64,000 nucleotides of DNA from Girardia tigrina. Taxonomy: Eukaryota. The notes under the pieces are model-generated. The model saw only the letters and a program-made list of their open reading frames with translations. It was not told the origin of the DNA and did no database searches. A program made the translations under genes and the position numbers. Positions 1 through 12,588 of this stretch are shown piece by piece; within the stretch, counting starts at the first letter, position 1, and each line of letters starts with the position of its first letter. The DNA is taken from contig MQRK01226410.1 in the NCBI GenBank assembly GCA_001938485.1, positions 1-64,000 of the forward strand, written 5' to 3'.

Positions 1-129
1 ACCATTCATGAATGTTAGGAATGGTTCTATGAGGGATTGATTTCTGAAAACCAAAAAGACATCATCCACATATCTCTTGTACAACACAGGTTTTTCATCA
101 GGGTATGCATTCATTTTATTCTCAAGAAT
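1..129 (-). pseudogene. Penelope-like retroelement reverse transcriptase fragment (runs off window edge)
   Basis: Minus-strand translation ILENKMNAYPDEKPVLYKRYVDDVFLVFRNQSLIEPFLTFMNG. The KPxLYKRYVDDxF...FL.FMN context is typical of PLE RTs. Confidence 0.75.
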
Positions 130-484
130 GAATGAATTTTTATCCAGAATGAATGCATATTATTGATTGTCATAGAGATGATCAATATTGTGAATGTAAT
201 AAATGTTCTGTCAAATGTGTGAGTTCTCTTAACCGTACGATAATTAAATCGATAAATAGAAAAAACGACGATAATTCCTCGCGAGTCTTAATTTTTTCAG
301 GGTAGTGTAAATCATTGCATAAGCAAATCGTTTATTAAAATTTGTCAATGGTAATCAATTGGAAAGATTATCTAAAAAATAATTTTCGTAAATTAATTTT
401 TATTCGCCCATTCGATCGGAATCGAGTCGATATAGATGATGATCGATATTTGTGTGATTATTACCGCATACCGATTATTATAAC

Positions 485-634
485 CAGTGAATACTCGTCA
501 TCGCAAAAGGAGCCTGCATCAATGATCGGGCTGCGCGATGATAACTCATATCCGAGTCCAGAGGTCCCAGATGAAGCCGGGCCGGAGTCAGGGCACCAAT
601 CGGACAATCCACTGGTGCTACAGAGGTTCCCCAT
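485..634 (-). CDS. Probable first coding exon of an unidentified host gene with N-myristoylation-like start (MGNLCS...)
   Basis: GC-rich island; ATG at 634; 50 open codons (MGNLCSTSGLSDWCPDSG...DDEYSL) ending at a GTTATA donor, similar to the GTTAAT donor used at 60672. Confidence 0.45.
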
Positions 635-692
635 TTGATTGTTATTTATGATACTAATTATTAATATTTTTACTATAATTAGTAATTATTTA

Positions 693-2357
693 TTAGTTTG
701 GTGCATAAGTTCGTGCGGTTTTATTTGTTGCAAAGAAAACACATCAACTTCTTGTTTTAACTGATTTGAGTTATATTCCATTCATCTAAATTATCTATTT
801 AAATAAGTTTAGACTAACTTTCACTTTCATTACCCTCGTTAAAATCGAATGTCAGGTAAATAAAATTGAATATTTCCGGTATCTACTCCTTTTCTTTTTG
901 AATCAACATTTAAACACTGCAGAAACCACCAGAATGATTTGTTGCGTTTATGGAGAAAAGGCTGTTAGTGAACGAACAGCACAAAAGTGGTTTTCAAAAT
1001 TTAACAGCGGGAATTTCGATTTGATCGATACACCTCAGTCCGGCCGACTTTTTGACTTTGTTGATGACTGTTTAAACCGATTGATTCATGTCGATCCGCG
1101 ACGATTGACACGAGCGCTTGAACAAGTCATAAATTGTGATCACACCACTATTTGTCGACATCTAGAGAAAATGGGAAAAGTTCAAAAGCTTGGATCATGG
1201 GTACCTCACCTTCTAAAAGAAAGTCAAAGATGAACGGGTTTCGATTTCTGCATCTTTACTCGTTCGCCATCAATCTACTGTGAAGAAAAATCAATCTTTC
1301 ATTTCCAGGATCGTAATAAGTGATGAGAAATGGTGTCTGTGTGTAAATTTGGAACACAAAAAAAGCTTGGGTTAGTCCTCAAAACCAACCACAACTACTT
1401 GCGAAATCCGAAGTTCACCAATGTAAAATCTTGTTGTGTGTTTGTTGTGACCATGTTGGTGTTATTTATTACGAAATTTTGCCAAGAAACCAAACAATAA
1501 ATTCCGAACTTTATTGTGACCAACTCAAGCGAGTAAATACTGCAATCAAAACGAAGAGAATCAATATGAAGCAGACAATATTTACAGCATGACAATGGTA
1601 GGTCTCATGTCTCTACAATGACAAAGTTGGCTATTGAAGAGCTTGGTTGGGAAGTTCCTCACCATCAACCGCATTCGCCCGATTTAGCCCCAACTGGTTT
1701 ACATCTTTTCCGCTTCATGTTCAACCATTTTTTTGGTCTCACCTTTTAAAACGAAGAACTTTTTGACCAAATATCATCAAACTTCTTCAAACGTGAAATT
1801 GAAAAAATGGGTATCACGACAAAACACCGTGGATAAAACGCCGCGGACAAAATAATTTGAAATGAATTAGGAATTTTAGGAATAAATGAAATAATTTGTT
1901 ATTAATTAGGAATTTTAGGAATTAAATGAAATAATTTGAAATGAATTATTAATAAATTGATAATATTAATGGTGATAGTAATTCAAAAAATAATAAATAA
2001 ATTAATAAATAATCAAAATAATAACAGTAAATCTAATTATAATAATAAAAAATAAAAATATAATAATGATAGTAATAATTATAAAATACAACAAATCATT
2101 TCATTTTATTCCTAAAATTCCTAATTCTTTTCAAATTATTTTGTTCGCGGCGTTTTGTCGTGGAACCGAAAAAATGCCAGACGGTGGAAGGAAGTGATCG
2201 ATTGTACCGAAGAATATCACATTGATTGAGACTGAGATATTTGTTTTTTTCTAATGATTCATTTTGTTATGTGGAATTTTTTGCGTGGTTTTTATTCTTG
2301 ATTAATATTGATTTTTCATAATTGTGAAAACCGCAAGAACTTAATGCACCAACCTAA
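693..2357 (+). mobile_element. Decayed mariner transposon with TIRs and TA TSD
   Basis: TIRs ttagtttggtgcataagttcgtgcggtttt / aaaaccgcaagaacttaatgcaccaacctaa flanked by TA. HTH region (SERTAQKWFSKF...WVPHLL) plus DEKW, HDN and HSPDLAP remnants, with stops and frameshifts. Confidence 0.9.
1810..2167. mobile_element. Mutator-like MITE inserted in the mariner
   Basis: Long imperfect TIRs (ggtatcacgacaaaac... / ...gttttgtcgtggaacc) and exact 9-bp TSD gaaaaaatg at 1801-1809 and 2168-2176. Confidence 0.8.
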
Positions 2358-2795
2358 TATGTTCATTATTGAATATCAAAATTTTCTATTTTCCCAGTTT
2401 TTTTATTAAGAAAAAATTCTCCACCATTTCTTTTCTCATTCTCACTTTTGTGGTCTAGTAGGAAATGTTCTGTTTTGCTAGTGAAGGACGAATGAGGAAC
2501 TTGACTTGGGTTTATCTTCGACGTTTTAAATTCACACCACTTTTCCTCTTCTATGATAATCTTACCATGAAATGGTTAGTTTTCTTGGCGAGCGCGGTGA
2601 TATCGATCAAAATGTCTGACACATGCACTGTCTTGTTTGTGTTTCTGACGTTCGTTAGGAAATATTTCCATTCATAATTTTCAACTTTAAGTTTCGGTTG
2701 TCGACTAAGCTCGTTTACAACATCAGCATGAAAAAGTTTGTTTAAATTACGAATATTCTGAGCTGACATTCAACTACTACGAAATGAAAAATTAA

Positions 2796-3021
2796 CTAGT
2801 AAATCCAAAAATTAAATTTTTTATATCCATTTTTATGCAGACAGAACTCTACTTTGTCAACAAAGTTTTTAAAATTTAAAAAATTTTAATTAAAAAACAA
2901 TAAAATTAATAAACTAACCATAATTTATAAGTAGATATTTTGCAATTAATGTTGTGCGGGAACTCCGAATTTTCCGTTTTTCCTATTTTGGGATCTTAAA
3001 AAGTATTTTCGATCAAATTTT
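2796..3021 (-). mobile_element. 3' part of a non-autonomous Helitron-like repeat
   Basis: Reverse-complement homolog of about 55996-56243; both copies end in CTAG. Confidence 0.55.
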
Positions 3022-3064
3022 TAATATATATTAATCAGAAATATTTTTCCATGGACTTTATTGA

Positions 3065-3459
3065 TTGCTTGAATATTTGATTTATACTTTACCAGTAACA
3101 ACAGCCACAGTGGAACGATCTTTTTCTACATTACACAGAATCAAGACTTACATACGAAACACAACATCAGAACAGAGATTGAATGGCTTAGCTATAATGA
3201 ACATTCACCAGGAATTATGTGCTTTTTTAGAGACACTCGCGAAGAACACCCGAATACTTATGCTTCTATAATTTTTCTATAAATGTATGTAATTTTATTT
3301 CTAATGAAAGTTTTTAATGCGGTATTTCGATGGTAATATAAATTTCATCATTTTAATAATAAATAATTTTAATTTTTCTAAATTTGAAAATAAAAAAAAA
3401 CACATTACATAATACCATATCCCCCCTCCCCCCGAAGTATTTTTCTGCGTACTCGCCTG
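3065..3459 (+). mobile_element. hAT transposon 3' end (C-terminal dimerisation domain plus right terminus)
   Basis: LPVTTATVERSFSTLHRIKTYIRNTTSEQRLNGLAIMNIH motif; terminus ...ctgcgtactcgcctg (CAG-starting TIR). Confidence 0.8.
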
Positions 3460-3691
3460 GTTCAGACTATTCCAGTTCTATTAAGTATTCTTCTTCGTAT
3501 TTTGTTGAACGCGTCTGAAATATGAATGACTTTTTACTATGAGTTTTATTTATCCTTAAATCCTTTTCCAACGAGTCAATGGAATCGTTAAGGATTATGG
3601 AACATTATCGTAATTAGACAAACAACTATCACAAATTCCTAAAAGTGATTGATTGGTTGGTTGAAAAATATTTCTTTACGGAACAAAATTA

Positions 3692-4658
3692 TTAAGTTGA
3701 GGAATAAGTTCCCGCAGTTTTTTGAATTTTTAATCAATTTAATATTTAAATCAAATTTTTTGATGTAATGTTATATGTTATTTGAAAGCTGTTGTTTTTT
3801 TTGCTCTAAAAATGGTGTATTTTGTTTTTTTATTCAAATTAATTTTTGTCGATTTTTAGACCATTGAAATGGAGTGTCAAGTCGACAAAAATTAGCATTT
3901 CCGACACCATCTATTGTTTGCGTAGTTTGGTTGGCTGAATTCTTCGAGTCAAGACCGTGCGATTTTTACCAAAGAGGCATTGAAAAACTCGTTGAACGTT
4001 ACTTTTATTCATACTTACCTGGTGTTTGCACTTACCTGGTATTTGATAAAAAGTGTAGAGTATTGCTGCTTCGGGACTTAGGTTCTGGAGACCTTGCTCT
4101 ACTTGGTCCCCAAGTCTTCAGTGACTCTGTTTCTGTTTGCTCTGGTGCTCCATTGGATCCATCCCTGTGGTTTTCGCCATGAATTTTTCTGGCGCTGTCA
4201 AGTTATTTTTGACCTTACTTTATGGGATCGCTTCAGTGAGTATCTGCGTCGACGGGACGTGACGAATTGACGGGCTTGGTAAATGAATCGAATTGGCTCC
4301 AGGTGTTCAACTTCCTCGTTGCCGACAGTCATCAGCTGCTGCTCTGCCGACCTCTACATCGGCCTTTGTGTGGGCGATTTTTGGCTGCTCTGAACTCCGG
4401 CTCTTCTGATGACTTGCATTCGTGGATCCCCCAGTGGTCATCAAGGTGGCGCAGGTGATTCTGAGGACAAACCAGCCGAATCAGACTAAAGTCCTGCTGT
4501 GCAGGCAATTGTAAAACCCTTTGTTTTGTAATAAATTTTTGTACAAAAAGTCGTGAACAATGGCGGAGATTATATTTGTGATTAATTTGTAGTAACTTTT
4601 TTGTTAAAAAAAAATTTTAATTTTTCAAAAAACGGCGGGAACTTATTCCTCAACCCAA
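3692..4658 (+). mobile_element. Internally deleted mariner carrying an insertion at about 4002-4541
   Basis: TIRs ttaagttgaggaataagttcccgc / gcgggaacttattcctcaacccaa with TA flanks. Transposase N-terminus is joined to the C-terminus FFESRPCDFYQRGIEKLVER, which resumes as QKVVNNGGDY after 4543. Confidence 0.85.
4002..4541 (+). repeat. GC-rich interspersed repeat, copy 1 (class unknown)
   Basis: Shares colinear conserved blocks with 42493-43110, including tcagactaaagtcctgctgtgcaggcaattgtaaaacc and tttgttttgtaataaatttttg. Confidence 0.75.
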
Positions 4659-5208
4659 TATCTTTTTATTCTATCTTTTATTTCTCTAATTTTTGAATTG
4701 ATATATAAACAATATTAATATAAATATTAACAATAATAATGATTAAAGAACCGTTTCAGATTGAGCAAGAATTAGTAGGGCGACTGTTGCCATGGCTTGT
4801 GCTTGTATCTCTCGAGTGCGTGCGTGCGTGACACATAAAATAAACTCTTAAATTGTTTAAAACTTCTTTCTTGCTCTGATAATATTAAAATAATAATGAT
4901 AATTATTATCATCATCAATATAATTGAGATGCGGTTATTGGTGTGTGTATTTATTGAATATTGTCGCCTCATTAAATACTGGTTTTTGTTTTGAATTTTT
5001 GTTATTGATAATTGCTTTTATTTATTTTTTGATTTTATTGGTTCACGCAAAATTTGACGCTTATCAATTTAGGAGATTTCAATTATCTTTTACGTTTGTC
5101 TCTGTTAAATATAATTGTACGATTTATTTGGACATTTCTGTAAAATAAGATGATTTTTTCGATTTACAAAAAACTTTATTATTCAAACAAATTACATGAT
5201 CCAATTAA

Positions 5209-6410
5209 TCACACTCTCCCATGATCTCCAGATCTAATCATATAATCGCCCAGATACTGAGGGGGTTTCCGTACCTGCATTGGTCGTTCAGAGGAATCTG
5301 TAGTTACCTCTTGCGTTGTCGGTTCACTCATTTCGTCTTCACTGTCTGAAATGCGATCATCGGAATCCGCTAACATCAGTTGTCGATTGTCCATGGCTCT
5401 CCTGATGTGGCATATATGTCTCGTGATTCCATCGTTGTCCAGCTCCACCCCAACTACAGACTTCAACGATGTAATGATATGCGGCCCCGCCCATGGTTCA
5501 TCGCATTTCCCGCCGACTCTCAAATAAACATTCTCACCAATGCTGAACGGGGTTTTCTCCGTAGCGTCATACTCATCATTCGAGATGCATTCCGAGATGA
5601 ATTTGCATTCAATCTGACGCTCATCTTGAATCATTGGCAGTCGAGACTTGGCATGGAACATCAATTCATAGAGCCCCCAATCCCGGTGACCCGTCGTACT
5701 GTTGTACCAAAACACACATTCTCTGATCGACTTTTCAGATCTCGCTGCCATTGTCTTAATGGTGCGGTGATTTCTCTCGCACATCCCATTCCCTTGATGC
5801 CGATAGGCTGCGGTGAACCCTTGCTCGATTCTCCATTTATCTAGCAACCGTCTCACTGGGACACTTCGGTAGACAGCCGCATTGTCGGAAAAGAAACGTT
5901 TCGGCGGTCCAAATTCAGAGCATACCCTATCTATATGCCAACCTATTTCCTCGGCGAGTTCATTGCGCAACTTTCTCCAAATAAAAAATCTTGTTGCTGA
6001 ATCCACTATGGTCACATACGCGATACCGTTGAAATAAGTAACATCGCTATGAAGTTGGTACCATACCTTGTCAGTTGACAATTTCCCATGTCGATACTCA
6101 ATTCGTGGGGCTGGACAGATCTTTTAACACTCAACATTTCCTTAACTTGATCCGAATTTATTGCATTAGACCCATATTGTTCACTCGTCCTGTCGACTCC
6201 AAAGTGACAGATATCATGAATTTTCTTGATCTCATCAACGCTTGGATACTGATTTACTTCAATGGCGTTCGCTTCCACTTTCCTGTTTAGCCCTGGTCAA
6301 ACAATCTGCCATATTCAATTGAGATTTCAACAATTCCAGTTTTTCTTGATCTTTCAATTCTGTCATGATATCGAGTCTTCGCCGTACCAATTGTTCAGAT
6401 AACGTGCGGG
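5209..6410 (-). mobile_element. Gypsy retrotransposon remnant: RNase H end, integrase, PPT/LTR start
   Basis: RRRLDIMTE...NMADCLTR, HDICHFG, integrase DVTY/FSDNA/GNGMCERNHRTIK; purine tract gggagag followed by TG near 5213. Confidence 0.85.
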
Positions 6411-6561
6411 TTCTTGGGTTGTGTGTATTCGATTTGGTTTCTAACCTATTCGATTTTTTTGGTTTGTATTCGAAAATTATATATTGGAAAGAGCTGCGCC
6501 CCCCCCTTGCAACAGTCTGGCGCCCCTCTGCAAGGTGCGCCCCACAGGTTGGAAACCACTG
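6411..6561 (-). mobile_element. hAT (Charlie/Buster-type) terminal fragment
   Basis: Minus strand begins cagtggtttccaacctgtggggcgcac...aggggcg, a typical hAT/Charlie terminus; inner boundary approximate. Confidence 0.55.
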
Positions 6562-7191
6562 GATTAACGGCAGGGGCTTATAGTGCCTGCCGAGACTGTT
6601 GATGATCTGGAAGTTTGAGGAAGTCCATGCCAAGCTTTATTTCTAGAAGAGAATTCGTTTCTCTCAACCTCCATCAATTATTTTTTTTAAAAGGACATTA
6701 ACAATCAAGATAAGCATTAAGAAATAAAATCAACTTAATAAAACTTAAAAAGTCTAGATATTTCAACCGGCCAATGCATATAATTCCAGAAATAATAGCA
6801 TCAGAAAATGGCTTGGGGTGCATAGCACCACAGTGCTCGGATAACCGTTAACCATTTAACGATTTTCAAATTGGTGAAGAACATAAAAGGCAGACCATTA
6901 AAAGCAACAAAAGCATTATTAATCGATATAGAGCGAACTATAAAGCATTACTATAACTATATAGATTTAGGAAAAAATTAAATATTGTTTTGTTTTACTT
7001 TTGTGTAATAAATAATAAATATTAATAATTGAAATTCAAAATTGAAATTAATAAATGAAAATTCAATATAAAAATTCAATTATTTCTTTTTTCTAATTTT
7101 ACCGGTTCTTTTTCAATTAAATACTGACTGTTAGGGGTTCTTTTTGGTGAACTGAAAATTTTTGATATTTTTAAATTAAAAATCATAATTA

Positions 7192-9226
7192 TTGGGTTGG
7201 CCAAAAAGTCATTGCGTTTTTTACTAAAATATTTATTATCAAAAAATGACATGGATGCACAAATATTTTTGCACAATATACTGTTCATTATTTTCAATCA
7301 CTTTCTTCCACCTTTCCGATAGCTTCATTATTCCTGATTCATAAAAACCTTTGCCTTTGTCAGCAAAAAAGCCGTCTAGGAACGATTTGATGTCATCATC
7401 ACTGGCGAATGTTTTTCTGTTTAAGGAATTCTGCAGTGTTCTAAATAAGTGAAAATCCGATGGTGCCAAGTCTGGAGAATACGGTGGGTGCGGCAAAACA
7501 TCCCAACCCAGTGATAAGAGTTTCTGGCGAGTGGTCAAACTTGTATGCGGTCTTGCGATATCATGCTGAATTACAACTCCTTTTCGATTTTCCAATTCAG
7601 GACGTTCCTGTTGAATTGAATGAGCCAATTTCTCCAGCTGACCACAATATCTGTCTGAATTGATGGTTTCATTCCTCGGAAGGAGTTCAAAAAACACAAT
7701 TCCTTTAAAATCCCACCAGACGGAAAGCATGACCTTCATTTGGTGAATTTCTGCTTTTGGGATCATTTTGGCAGGCTCACCACGTTTTGTCCATGATCGT
7801 CGGCGTTCCACATTGTTGTAAACAATCCATTTTTCGTCATCCGTAATCAAGAGCTTCAAAAATGGATCACTTTGTTCTCGCTTCAAAAGGGAATCGCAAA
7901 TGTCTATACGTTTCACCAAATGAATTTCTTTCAGTTCATGTGGTAACCACATATTGAGTNNNNNNNNNNNNNNNNNNNNNNNNNNNNNNNNNNNNNNNNN
8001 NNNNNNNNNATCAAGAGCTTCAAAAATGGATCACTTTGTTCTCGCTTCAAAAGGGAATCGCAAATGTCTATACGTTTCACCAAATGAATTTCTTTCAGTT
8101 CATGTGGTAACCACATATTGAGTTTACTCACAAATTCAAGTTTCTTTAAATGACTTCCAACACTTGATTTTGATATTTCCAGTCTCTGCAACTTCTCTTG
8201 TCGTCATATGTGGATTAGATTTGATCAGTGCTGTTATTTTGTCGCCATCAACTTCAACTGGTCGACCGGAGCGTGGTGCATCTTTCAGATGAAATTTTTC
8301 AGAACGAAATTTAGAAAACCAGTATTGACACTGTCGAAGTTTTAAGGAGTCACTATCATGTACAAAACATATCTTCTTATGAGCTTGCACAGCTGTTTTC
8401 CATTTGCAAAAATAAAGCAACAAAACATGATGAATATGCTCATTTTGATTTTTCATTTCGAATTGACGGTAAAGTAATAAATTAAAACAAAATCAATTAA
8501 TATTTTGTATAAACATAGTCTAAAAATTAAGGTTTCAGAATATATAATTGAATTTCAATTTTATCACATCGTTTTATATTTTCAAGCTTTTTATTAGGAC
8601 GTACTCAAAAACGCGATGACTTTTTGGACTGTAAGTAGTGTTTATGCCACTTTCATTATTATCACATTCTGAAGTCATAATTTAACACCACAAAAATTTA
8701 TTAATAACAACAATTCACATACTTAAACAAATTAATTCAATTATTTCGCCCAAAATTAATTTACAATTCTTTTCGATTAAATTCTGAAAATTCACGAAAA
8801 TTAAACCTTAAAAATAATTTTACATTTTTTGCATAAAATTTTTCAAAATCTTTACCTTAAAATAATTTTGCATTTTTTTTACAAAAAAATTTACAAAATT
8901 TAAAATGTAAAATACTTTTACATTCTTACGAAAATTTTTCATAAAACTAATTAATTTAAATTTACAATAAGCCCTTTTATTAAAAAAAATATTTCTAAAA
9001 ATATTAATCCGTTAATTATTTATTTTAAACTTTATTTAAACTTATTCCACTTATAAAATATATTAATTGTTATTAATGTAGACACATTTTAAATACGTAT
9101 TTATTTTATCATATTTTTACTCTGCATTTTAATTTTCTAATTTATTTCCTTTAAATTTTCAAAACTAAAAAAACAATAAACTATTTTGGCGAAAATTAAA
9201 ACTAACCCCACATATGGACAACCCAA
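7192..9226 (-). mobile_element. Mariner transposon inserted in the Gypsy 5' LTR
   Basis: TIR ttgggttggccaaaaagtcattgcgttttt with TA flanks. Transposase 8456-7239 has TDDEKW, HDIARPH and YSPDLAPSD motifs. The right TIR is split by a solo LTR. Confidence 0.92.
8630..9214 (+). mobile_element. Solo LTR inserted in the mariner TIR
   Basis: TG...TA termini, exact 5-bp TSD tggac (8625-8629, 9215-9219), AATAAA near the 3' end. Confidence 0.8.
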
Positions 9227-12200
9227 TATATTTGAGATAAATTAAAAAATAATATTTTTACTAATTAAAATGAAATAAGTTTTATAAAATAAGTTTTTAT
9301 TATGTTGTAATGATAATATTTTACTAATTAAATTGAAAGAACTTTTGAAAGAAATTGTATATAAAAAATTTAAGTTTATGGATAATGTTTTTACTATTTA
9401 AAATGAAATTAAGTTTGCAACTAATGACTTTGGATTTTAATCACGAACCCAATATGGCGACCAAAGCCAGCAACTCGGATCAGTTGATTGCGAGACTTCT
9501 ACCGGAAAAATACCGGAAAGAAGACAATATCGAAACATTTATAGCAGCATGCTCAAGGTATTTTAAGGTGGCTAAAACACCAGAAAATATACAAGAGATT
9601 TTGATAATTGGATTGCTTTCTCATGAACTTGTACCTGTTTACGAGAATGTATCGGTCGAGACAAAAGGATATGAAGCTCATTTACGAGAAGCTTTTCAAA
9701 AGAAAAGCTCTCTGATGGAGGATCTGATGGAGGCTGTAAATTTCGAAAGAGCGAATGAATTAGCGGAAGAATACTTTGCAAAGGCAAAGAAACTTGCTGC
9801 AAAATTAGCAAAACATAATTGGTCGGAAGTAGAAATTGAAAAGAATCTTCTAATTCATGGGTCGAAGTACATCGATGTGAAGAAAGAGATCAAGTTCAGA
9901 GAGGTAAAAGAAATAAAAGAAGTAAAAAATGTCATCAAAAAGTGGATGACGTCCGGGAAATGGAAAGGCCAGTACACGCGATGACAGCGTCATACAAGGA
10001 CGTGGTAAAAAAAGAATCAGCGACAGGAGGCATGTCGAAGAAAGAAGACACTTTCGTCAGACGACATCCAGGGCAAAACAATATATCATGCTGGAACTGC
10101 AAAGAAACAGAACATAGACGGAGCGAATGTAAACGAGAAAGTAAAATCACATGTCATGCATATGGCGAGGAAGGTCATGTCCGACGGGAAGGCAGGAAGG
10201 TAAGATGTGGAAGATGTAACAATCCAGGACGTAGAGCTGTGGAATGTTACACGAATTTGAATAAACGATATCAAGGAAGAAGGGATTATCAAAGGAGAAC
10301 CCAAGGAGATAGCCGACAATTCTCAGATGCACAAACGAAAAGCTCAGGAAACCGGAACTCAGACGACTACAGAAGAGGATTCGAAAGTTGAAGACAGATC
10401 GCGATAATGGAGACGGAAGAATACGGAGGAGAGCGAGAACATATAGAAAAAACGAATCGTGCCGAGACGACGAGGAACCGATCTTGTCATTGGAGTAAGT
10501 TTTCATGCGCATGAACCAGATCATATAAATTATATATATAGTAGAAGTAATATAAATAATATAAATAAAATAAATAATAAAGTTGATATCACTAATATAA
10601 ATGCTAAAATTAAAAAAAAATAATCAAAAAGAACAAAGTGAACCAAAACCCCATCAGGAACCCGAAGTAAGTCAGAAAGTCGTGCAATTTATAAAAAAAG
10701 GAATCATTTGGTGATAGTGAATTGCTAATAATTAATAATTGTGAAAATGTTCCTTTTAAATGAAAAATTAATGAAAAAATTAAATGAAAAATTACAGGGT
10801 CGAATTAGTGTAAAAGTTAGAATTGAAAACATAGAAATCGAATGTTTACAGGATACGGGTACAGCGTTGAACGTTATAACGGAAGGAATATTAAAAACTT
10901 AAATAAAATAACGATGGAACAGACAAATCAGAGATTGACCGCAGTAAATGGACTACAAATGGATGTCAGAGGAGAAATAGAAACGATAGTAAAGATTGGA
11001 AATAAAGCCGAAAAAACAAGATTTGTAATGGTGAAAAATTTGAGACCAGAGATGATCGGAGGAATACCATTGATGAAAGAGTTCGGAATAGAATTACAAT
11101 GGAAAGAGCCGAATTATCAGAAAACAGAGAGAACCAGCATATGTGAAATCGAAGCTAAATTTGGAAAAGAAATCACCAACGAGAATCGCGTTCAAGAGGC
11201 ATTAAAAGTGATAGACACAAAGAACGATAAAACACTAGAGAAAATAATTCACGAATATGGAGGAGTATCTATGGCAAACGATTGGAATATAGGCCGTAAA
11301 AACTTGCTACAACACTGAATAGAGACAACAGGGGACCCATAAACATAAAACCGAGAAGACAGCCGGTACATCTGGAAGACAAACTAGAAGAAGCTATAAA
11401 AAATTTGGAGAAAAACGGAATAATAAAACAATGTAATTCTGAATGGAACACACCAATAGTGTGCGTGTGGAAAAAGGACAAGAACGAAATCAGATTGTAT
11501 TTGGATTTCAGACAGTTAAATCGAATCACTAAGCGCCAAGTATTCCCCATGCCAAATATAGCTGAAATGATGGACAGATTACACGGCACCAAATATTTTA
11601 GTAAAATAGACTTAGGGAATGCATACTATCAAGTAGAATTAGACAATGAATCACAGGAAAAGACGGCGTTCTCCACCAAGACAGGACAGTTTTGTTTTAA
11701 ACGGATGCCTTTTGGCATAGCCGCAGCCCCAGGAACATTCCAACAATTAATGACAAAGGTGCTACAACCAATAAAGAAAGGGGCATCAGTTTATTTGGAT
11801 GACATACTAATAGCGACAAGTACAAAGGAATAACATTACAAGGTGAAGGAGAATTATTTGAGATGATCCAACAAACAGGACTAAGAATAAAACCAGCGAA
11901 ATGTAAGATGTTACGACCGGAAGTAAAATTTCTGGGACACATAATAAATGACCAAGGGATACAGACAGATCCAGAAAAGATTGCAGCGATAGAGAATTTC
12001 CAAAGGCCGAGATGTATTAAGAATTTGAGAAGCTTTTTGCGAATTTGCAACTATTATAGAAGGTTTATTAAAGGATATTCAAAGAAAGTCAAAGTATTAG
12101 AAGGAATGTCTGGTTTAAATTAAGAAAAGTTAATCTGGACGGATGCATGCGAAATAGCGATTAAAGACATGAAGGAAGCTTTGATAACGGCACCAATACT

Positions 12201-12588
12201 GAGCTTCCCAGATTTCAAAAAAACAATTTATTCTTGATACAGATGCCAGCTTTGATAACATTGGGGCGGTACTGTCACAGATAAGTGATTCGGGGAAAGA
12301 GCAAGTAATAGCATATGGATCGCATTCAATGTCAGCACATGGAAAAGGTTATTGCATAAGAAGGAAAGAACTTTTGGCATTTTTTTTATTTTTTCCAGCA
12401 TTTCAACCATTATCTATACGGGAAGAGATTTAAATTGAGAACGGATCATAAAGCTATAATGTTCATATTTCACACAAAGAAACCTTAACGGCTCAATTCC
12501 AAACGTGGATGAATTACTTAAGTAGTTTGGATATCGAAATAGAATATAAAAAGGGAGTGCTGCACGTAAACGCTGATATGTTATCAAG

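Noticed and set aside
342-638. 98-aa plus-strand ORF
   Set aside because: Non-ATG start and no recognisable motif; the GC-rich part reads better as a minus-strand first exon.
2551-2769. 72-aa minus-strand ORF
   Set aside because: No recognisable domain or splice support; left unassigned.
4226-4248. atcgcttc...agtatctg resemblance to the U2 snRNA 5' end
   Set aside because: Stem I and the branch-point-pairing sequence are missing, and the match is not kept in copy 2.
4397-4480. CTGATGA and CTGAGGA motifs in the GC-rich repeat as possible hammerheads
   Set aside because: No properly placed stem II and GAAA in either copy.
7848-8122. Exact duplication of about 110 bp on either side of a short N gap in the mariner
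   Set aside because: Typical unmerged contig overlap, not a biological tandem repeat.
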